64,000 bases of DNA. It comes from a virus. The position numbers and the translations under genes were made by a program. The DNA lies in IMG/VR virus record IMGVR_UViG_3300034198_015644, positions 42,490 through 106,489 of that record. One strand, 5' to 3'. Shown piece after piece: positions 21,401 to 30,400 of this stretch (positions within the stretch are counted from its first letter, which is position 1; each line of letters opens with the position of its first letter). The notes under the pieces are model-generated. The model was not told the DNA's origin. It saw only the letters and a program-made list of their open reading frames with translations, and ran no database searches.

Positions 21401-24400
21401 GAAATTACTATGTATCTATAAGTGGATGTAGTGGGGCGACGTTAGTGACATTAAGTCCATTTACAATTTTAGATAACAATACTTTTTATAATAACATCTT
21501 CCAATTAAACAATGAAGAGTTTTGTGTTACTGTAAGTGGTGGTACATTACCTTATATAATTACAATTGATGGAGTTTCTCAAACGTATCAAAGTGCAGAC
21601 ACATATTGTTTTAGTGCAAGTTGTTTAACACCACCATCACCATCACTAATTAGATGTAGATTAAGTAATAATAATGGAAGAATAAATAGAGCTTGGGATG
21701 GAACACCTTTAAGTCCATGTCAACATACTTTTACAATTTTAGATTTAACCGTAAATGGAGTCCAATATGGACCCGGTACACCACTAACAGTTACCGCACC
21801 TTCAGGATTGATGGCGGGAATAGGTACTGATGGTAATAGTTACGTCACCAATATTACTGATTGGATAAATAGTTATGTGCCAGCAGGATTTACATTTTGG
21901 GATGACATGAAAGTTGTCGATAGACCTGTAGGATCAACATTTAACTTAACCATAAGTTACTTCAACGCATGTGCAGGAACAACTCAACAATATACATATA
22001 ACGACTCTACGGGTTGGACAATACCGGGACCTCAAACATATTCTACATATGATTGTGTACCTTTAACAATTGGAGGTGGATCACAAACAGGAAGAACAGT
22101 TACTATTAGTGATGCGGAAGGATGTAGCGCAAGCACTGTTATAAATTATACTTGTGAAACGCCAACAATTAGTATAAGTGGCACAAATCTTTGTTGTAAT
22201 AATGACGGAAGTGTAAGTATAACAGTCAATAATGGAGTACCTGCTTTTAGTGTTACCGGCACTAATGCGACTACGGGTGAAGAAATAATTGTAACTTCAC
22301 CCACAACTCCAATAAACATAGATCATTTAACTCCGGGTAATTGGACGTTTGTTGTACAAGATTCTTACGGTAATTTAATAACCACCAATAATACAATTAA
22401 TTTAATAAGATCTTATAATGTTGATTTTTTCAGTGCAAGCACTTCCCCAACAGGGACTACATTTTGTTTTAGTGGAGAATCTTGTTTAGATTATTTGAAT
22501 GTAATTATTGAAGCTACCGGTCAAATAACCTCGATCAATCTAAACCCGACACCGGATGCTTGGTTTGGTACTGATGGAATTATTGATACAAATACTTTAT
22601 ATTGCTTTGACATACCAATAGAGTATTGTGGAAACGATGTAATAAATATATTATTTTTTAATGGACTAAATACTAACATAAATGTTCTATCAGGATCATT
22701 TACTAACCCAACCTGTCAGGCGCTATTTGGATATGTAGGGGCACAAGAAGGTACTTGGGTTAATGGGTATCCTGCTTATTGGTTTACTCTTAATAATGGA
22801 ATTGATGTTGTAGTTTATTTTGATTTAACATTAAATCTTTGGGTTTGGAAAAATAGAAATAGTGGTACTATTTGTTCATCTTCACCTGATTTAATAAACT
22901 GGACATCAATAAATACTAGTCCAAATTGTCAGTGTGTTGATAGTTTTACTAGTTCTATAGTTATTGCTGTCGATTCTTGTGGTTACATATACGAATCTAT
23001 AAGTTTACCATGTCCGACACTTACATTAAGTGGAACATCAGTAAATCCTACATGTATTCAAAATTGTAGCGGAACAATAACATTGACATCATCAGGAGGT
23101 CAATCACCATTTACTTTTCAATTAACAGACTCCAATGGAAATACATTATTAAATTCCATTGGACAACCAACAATTGCAACAAATATAACTACTAATAGTT
23201 ATACATTTACTAATCTTTGTTCGGGTACTTATTATACATTAATTACTGATAGCGCTTTCCCAATTCCAGCTACGGCAAATACAACACCAATAGTTTTAAT
23301 AAATACATTTATCGCTAGTGCAAATGTTTTACCTATAACAATAAATGGCACTGGAGGTACAATTTGTTTTACGGTTACAGGAGGTAGTGGAAATTATAAT
23401 ATTGACATACAAGATACCAATTATACTTATCCGCCAGTAAATGATACTATAGTGGACGGTGAAACTTGTTTTGATTTGCCATTTGGGTGTTATGATTGGT
23501 CAATTATAGATCCTTCCACATTATGTCAATACACAGGAAATACGTGTATACCTGAGACACCATTTGGTTGCGGAGATTATACATATACTGACCCAACCTG
23601 CACCAATGACGGCACATTAACAATCAATGTTAGTGGAGGAACGGGTCCATATCAATTTGATTTATACCTTAATGGAATTTTCAATCAAACAGGTACTAAT
23701 TCTGTTGAAACATTTACATTTCAAAATTTAGTTGCGGGAACTTATAACGTTTTAGTTACAGATTTAGGTAGTGGGACAGTTTTAGATTGTGTTACAGTAA
23801 CATTAGTAAATACGTTTAGTGTTCAATTTATAAGTGGAAGTACTTGTGAAAATCCAGGATATTATTGTGTCTCATTTTCAGGAGGAAATCCACCATATAT
23901 TATAGAGTTTGATCAGACTATACAATATGTTGAATATATTGCAGGTACATACTGTTACCAAGCACCTTGTGGAACTTATGAATTAACGGTAAGTGATAGT
24001 GCAATTATTGGAAATTGTTATCAAGTCCAAGTGTACACTAAAGGATTGGGTGGATTTATTATAACCACAGATATAAATGGAAATGAAATTGCAAATACTG
24101 TACCAATTTCATTAAGTCCACAAACATTTTATTTTTGTTCTTTTAGTGCGCCTTATTATTCGGTATCAGGACCACCTTATAGTCCATATGTACCTCCATC
24201 ACCATATTATCTTAATATTTCTACATCAGGAGATTGTTCTAGTACGAATTGTGGCGGATCAACAATAGGTGGATGTAGTGATTCACAAACAATCACAATA
24301 TCTTGTGGAGTTGATTTAAGTGCAACTACCGTTGGTAACCCTTGTGGTCAAAATGGTCAAGGATCTATAACTATATTTAATATTGGTGGATCACCTAATT

Positions 24401-27400
24401 TCCAATATTCAATAAACGGAGGTTTAACCTATCAATCGTCTAATTATTTTACTGGACTAAATAGTGGTACATACGATATTACAATATTAGATGCAAGTGG
24501 TTGTACGGCATCAACTCAGGCGGTAATAGGGTATCAAACAAATTTAAGTGTAAGTGCGAGTACAACACCTGAAAATTGTGACTATAGTAGTGGGGGAACT
24601 ATTACGATTAATATAGTTGGAGGTACACCTACATATTCAATATCACTTAATGGAGGATTACCAACTACGCAAACATATTACACAGGATTAACAGTAGGAA
24701 CTTACACATTTAATATTACAGATTCAGAAGGTTGTACTGCGACAATTGATGTTACAATTGAACCACCAATAAGTCTTAGCGGTACAATAACTACGTCAGA
24801 AAGTTGTAGTTATTCACCATCATTAAATCAATATTTGGCACTTAAAGTCGAGTCGCTAATTAACTATTTAGGTAATGATGTATTAGAAAATGAACACATA
24901 AATTATGCGGTTTGTCAAGGATATACAATTTTCCAATCCTATGGGGTGGCTAAAATATGGAGGACATTATCCCCAACTGTAACTAATCCACAAGGATTAA
25001 ATAGAGCGCAGGCAGAGGCAAGACTTAGTGTATTTTTAGGTAAAATATATTCGGCAGGTTTATTACCAGTGGCACTTTTAGGTGACACTGCAGACATGGA
25101 TTGGTTGGCAAGTGTGGATGCGGTAAATGCAAATAAATTTTGGGGAATTGGTTTAGAAAATGAATTTTGGAATGGTGCAGTATCTTTTGCGAATTGGGTT
25201 AGTTATTTAAATTATTTAAAAGTTACATATCCACAATATTTTAGGATGGCATATTTGGCCAATCCGGCAGGAACTTGGGGGGCAACTGAAGCATTACAAA
25301 TTATAGATGCGCAAATAGATGTAATAGAAATTACAAATTATAATTCAGGTAAACCTAATCCAAATTGGGGATCTTTTGTTAACCAATTAAATCTTTTAAG
25401 TACTGCGGCAAATATTAGAGGAGTTAATCAAAAATTTATACCATTATGGAGTGCGGAATATAATGGTAACTCAGGTAATAATTTTTCGGGACAATATTTT
25501 GGCGTTACTACAAATTATACAAAAATAAATCCATCTGCAGTACTTACGCAATATGATATAGATTTTGCTGCAGTAACATATGCATACCCTCCGAATTTGA
25601 CAAAGGTAGGATTTAGTATGTATGAATACATTTACGCAATTGATGCGGGTGTATTACCTCAATGTACGAATTTATCGGGTTCAATAACTGCTTCTACTAT
25701 AACTTCTGGTGGTACAGGAGTTTATAGTACCTCAGGAACTTTAACAATAAATGCTAATGGTGGATATGCCCCATATCAATACTCAGTAGATGGTGGGGCG
25801 TTTGGAACATCTAATTATTTTACAGGATTAAATGGTGGAATACATAATTTTGTGGTAATAGACGCGAGCGGTTGTACTGTCAGCGGTACGACCACAATCG
25901 GAGGGGCATTTGAGTTTGAAACATCAGTGACATCGTTAGATTGTTTAACAACTAGCAGTGCAACCATATGTGTTACAAGTATATCAGGAGGATACCCACC
26001 ATACACCTATTCAATTAACGGAGGATCTTTTAGTAGTTCAAATTGTTTTAGTGGATTATCTTCAGGTTCATATACAATTGCAGCTCAAGATTTATCGGGT
26101 TGTAGTGCAACAACAGTAGTATTTATTTCTGCACCATCACCAATTATAGTAAATGCAAATGTAATAGATTCAATTAGTTGTTTAGATGGGTCAAGCGCTA
26201 GTGGAGGTACTATAACAATTACTGCGACCAATGGTACTTCACCATATTATTATAGTATTGATAGCGGGTTAAATTATCAAACATTAAATACTTTTATAAA
26301 TGTACCTGTAGGTACATATACCATAGTAGTTAAAGATTCCTTAAATTGTACAGGTACTACTACAGTAAATGTTGGAACAAGACCTTCGTTCTCAATAAGT
26401 GCCTCATCTACGCCTGATAATTGTAGTTTAACAGGGTTAGGTAGTTTAACTATAAACGTTATCGGAGGATATTCACCATATTACTATTCAATTGACGGAG
26501 GTTTATTCTTTAATGGACCAATAAATTCAAATTCTTATTATCAAGGAGGATTAAATCCGGGTGTTTACGACATAGTAGTTGAAGATAGTAGCGGTTGTAC
26601 TGCGACCACACAAGTAACTATTATCACTAGTGAAGATTTAACTATAGGCGTTGTAACAACACCTGAAACTTGCAATTACAATAGTGGGGGTACGGCAACT
26701 ATTAGTGTGACAGGAGGGACTCCAACATTTACATATTCATTAAATGGATCTTCTCCAGTTTCTTCTAATTATTTTACAGGTTTAACTGTTGGTACATACA
26801 CAGTAACAGTTACTGATAGTTTAGGATGTAATGATACAATAACATTTACTATTGATCCACCAATAAACATAAGTGGTAATACAACTCCTCAACCATGTAA
26901 TGGTATTAGTGGTGGTACGTTAACAATAAATGCATCTTCAGGTAATCCACCATATACATATTCTGTCGATGGTGGATCATTTACCAACAATAATTATTTT
27001 ACAGGATTAACAACAGGTAGTCATACCATTATTGTTAAAGACGCAAGCGGATGTACCGCGTCTACAATAACACAAGTAAATCCACCAATTATTGTAAGTG
27101 CCGTAACTACACCAGAAAATTGTTTATATACAAGTGCGGGTACAATAACAATTGTCAGTACTATTGGAGGTACTTCACCTTATACTTATTCAGTTAATGG
27201 TGGATCATTCACAAATTTAACATATTATACAGGATTAACTTTTGGTAGTTATAATATTATCGTAAAAGATATTTCAGGTTGTAGTGCAACTACGCAGGTG
27301 ACAATTAATCCACCTATACCTGTTAGTGGTACAGTAGTTACTACAAATTTAGATTGTAATAATACTAACATAGGTACATTATTGATAACTGCCTATGGAG

Positions 27401-30400
27401 GTACTTCACCATATACTTATTCAGTTAATGGTGGTAGTTATACTTCACAAAATTATTATTTTGGACTTAGTGCAGGTACATATAACATAACGATTAAAGA
27501 TGTGTATGGATGTAGTGCAACTACTAGTGGTATAGTTAGTACTGCAACACCTATAACAGTATCTGCAGTAAGTGTTACTGCGATTACATGTACAGGAGTA
27601 AGTGTGGCGGATTTGACATTGATACCAAATGGAGGTACACCACCTTATACATTCTTATGGAAACCAATAAATGTTAATACACAAACTGTAAACACAGGAA
27701 ATTACATAACGTCTCCTGGTACATATACCTATAGTGGATCAGTAGTAGATAGATACGGATGTTCGGCATCAACGACAGTTACATTTACGATATTATCCGC
27801 GTTTACACCCACATTAGATATAATCGCCACTGGTGATTTATCTTGTGATGGATCTTCTTATGTAACAATTTCCGCAATAACAAGTGGTTATAATACTATA
27901 TGTTGGAGTACAGGACAATGTGGTGTTTCATCAATAACCGCAAATACGCCAGGGTCATATTCTTATTATATAACTCTTAGTGGATGTGTTTATAGTTCAG
28001 ACACTGTAATATTAGATTATGTTGACGTACCACCACCAATAGTAGGATATGATGCAAATTTATGTATTTGTAGTTCTACCGATGTAAGTTTAATAAATAA
28101 TGGATTTACTTATACTGATATATTATGGAATAACGGTGAAACCGCATCTTCATTTAGTGTAAGTTCTTGTACACCAACAGGGTATACATTTTACCTAACT
28201 GCGAAGGATCAATACGGTTGTCCTGTAACATCAAATACTGTTACTATTGTGTTTAGTGAATTGGATGTAGATGTTTACACAAATAATTCAGTTTGTTTAG
28301 AGTGCGGCATTTGTATTGATGGTTACGCAGAAGTTGTAGTAAATAAAGGAACACCACCATATGTATTTAGTTGGACGGGGGTAAATAGTACAACTAACGT
28401 TGTGGATAATTTACAACCAGGAAATTATTGTGTTAGCGTAACAGACGCTGCGGGTTGTTTTGAATCGATATGCTTTACAATATCGGCAACTACCCCTACT
28501 GATTGTACTTATGAACCCGTTAAAGATCCTAATGGAAATATAATTTTAAATCCTGATGGTACAATATCTTTCACAGACCCAGCAATAAATGTTGGACCTG
28601 TAGCAAGAATTAGCATAACCAATTACAGTCCAACGGAAGAATGTTGTTTAAGTAATTCTACAACCGCATTACCATTATTATATTGTGACTGTAAATGTTA
28701 TTGGAGTAAACCATCTTGTAGTAGTGGAGATACTATTATAGATAAAATAATTTTAGGGACAAATGGAAATAATGGAATACAATTAATTAATAGCACACCA
28801 AAAAATAATCAAACAATTAAATGTCAATATCAAGTAACGTTTAATTATTTATTTAATTTTGATTGTCAATCTTTAAATGATTGTGTACAAACCAATTATA
28901 GTGGAGATGTTTTAACATTTTTAAGTGGATTATCCGCATTTGCGACTGTAGAAGTGTTAACAACTGGAGGAACTTATACAACACAACAAATTGCACCAAT
29001 ATGGAATTTTGATTTTTATAATCAACCTACGGGGGTATATTTTGGTGGTCAAAATTGTGATCTAATAACACAATCAATATTTAATTCTTTAGGTACAAAT
29101 TGCACGGCATTGACAGAAAATACTTTTGCCGCAATATGGAAAACCGCATCATTTAAGATATATGATTCACTTGTTGGTGAGACAATAAAACTTGGTATGA
29201 TATTAGAAGGTTTTGGTTGTGAATATAATATTCTATTAGATAATATACAAATAAATGAAGTTTGTGTTGTCACAGAAGAACAAATAATAACACCACCTAA
29301 TGGAGGGTGTCCGGGTTTTGAATTAGAAAAAATTGTAGATAATAAAAAATCTTGGATTTATAATGAAACTACGTATAATAGAGATTGGTTCCACTTAAAA
29401 TATAGAGACACATCATACATAGATTATGACGAGAGATTAGATATAAACACTAAAGAAGTTGATTTAGAGGTTAATGTTTCTAGGGCAATAAATTATGACA
29501 TATATTGTTACGCTACTTCACCACAAAATTGTTTAACAATTAGTGGTTGTAATAACCCTAATTTAGTAGTGGGATTAATGACATCTATTGATTATTGTTC
29601 TTTAGGTATACCTTATCTTAATGATATGAGTGGTTTTACGGGACCCGGAAGAATTTATTTCTTTGATGCACTTGGAACGCTTACGACAGATGTAAATCAA
29701 ATTGTTAACGCACCTGCAGGTGGGTTGTATTGGGATGGAACTGATATAAATGGGGTAGATAGAACTTCTTACTTTGCCCCAATAACAGGTAACACCGGTG
29801 TTTTATATATTTGTCAAAGCGGAGTTACCGCCGCATTTAAATTTGAACCAAATACGTTACAATTATATTATTTTAACTCTTGTTGTTTACCACAAATACC
29901 GAACAGTGTTAGACCAACATTTATGTGCTGGCCAACTAATACAGGTTTATCTTATTTACAGACAATAACTCCCGCTAGTACTTTATTTAGTGCTGGGTTG
30001 GTGTATTTGTATTATGTATTAGGTACAGGAGTTCCACCATCAATTCAACCGTCAAACCCTTGGGTTCAATTCCCTAACGTTACAACCTACACAGGATCTG
30101 TTTTAACTTTTGCAACATCAGGTTTAACTGCAGGTCAAACTTACGACTTTCAATTTTCAATAAGAGTTAATGGAACTAACAATCCACCCCAACCGATAGT
30201 TTATATTGCGTTTGGAGTGGGTCAAGGAGGAACTCAAGTTACACTCTTAGACAATATTACAGGGGCAACAAATAATGGTACCATTACCTATAATTTTACT
30301 CAAACAATAACGGGTCCATTAACACAGTATAATGAATTCTTTATACGTATAATAAATGGAACATCAACTAAGACGTATTTTGTTAACTATAATGATCTTA

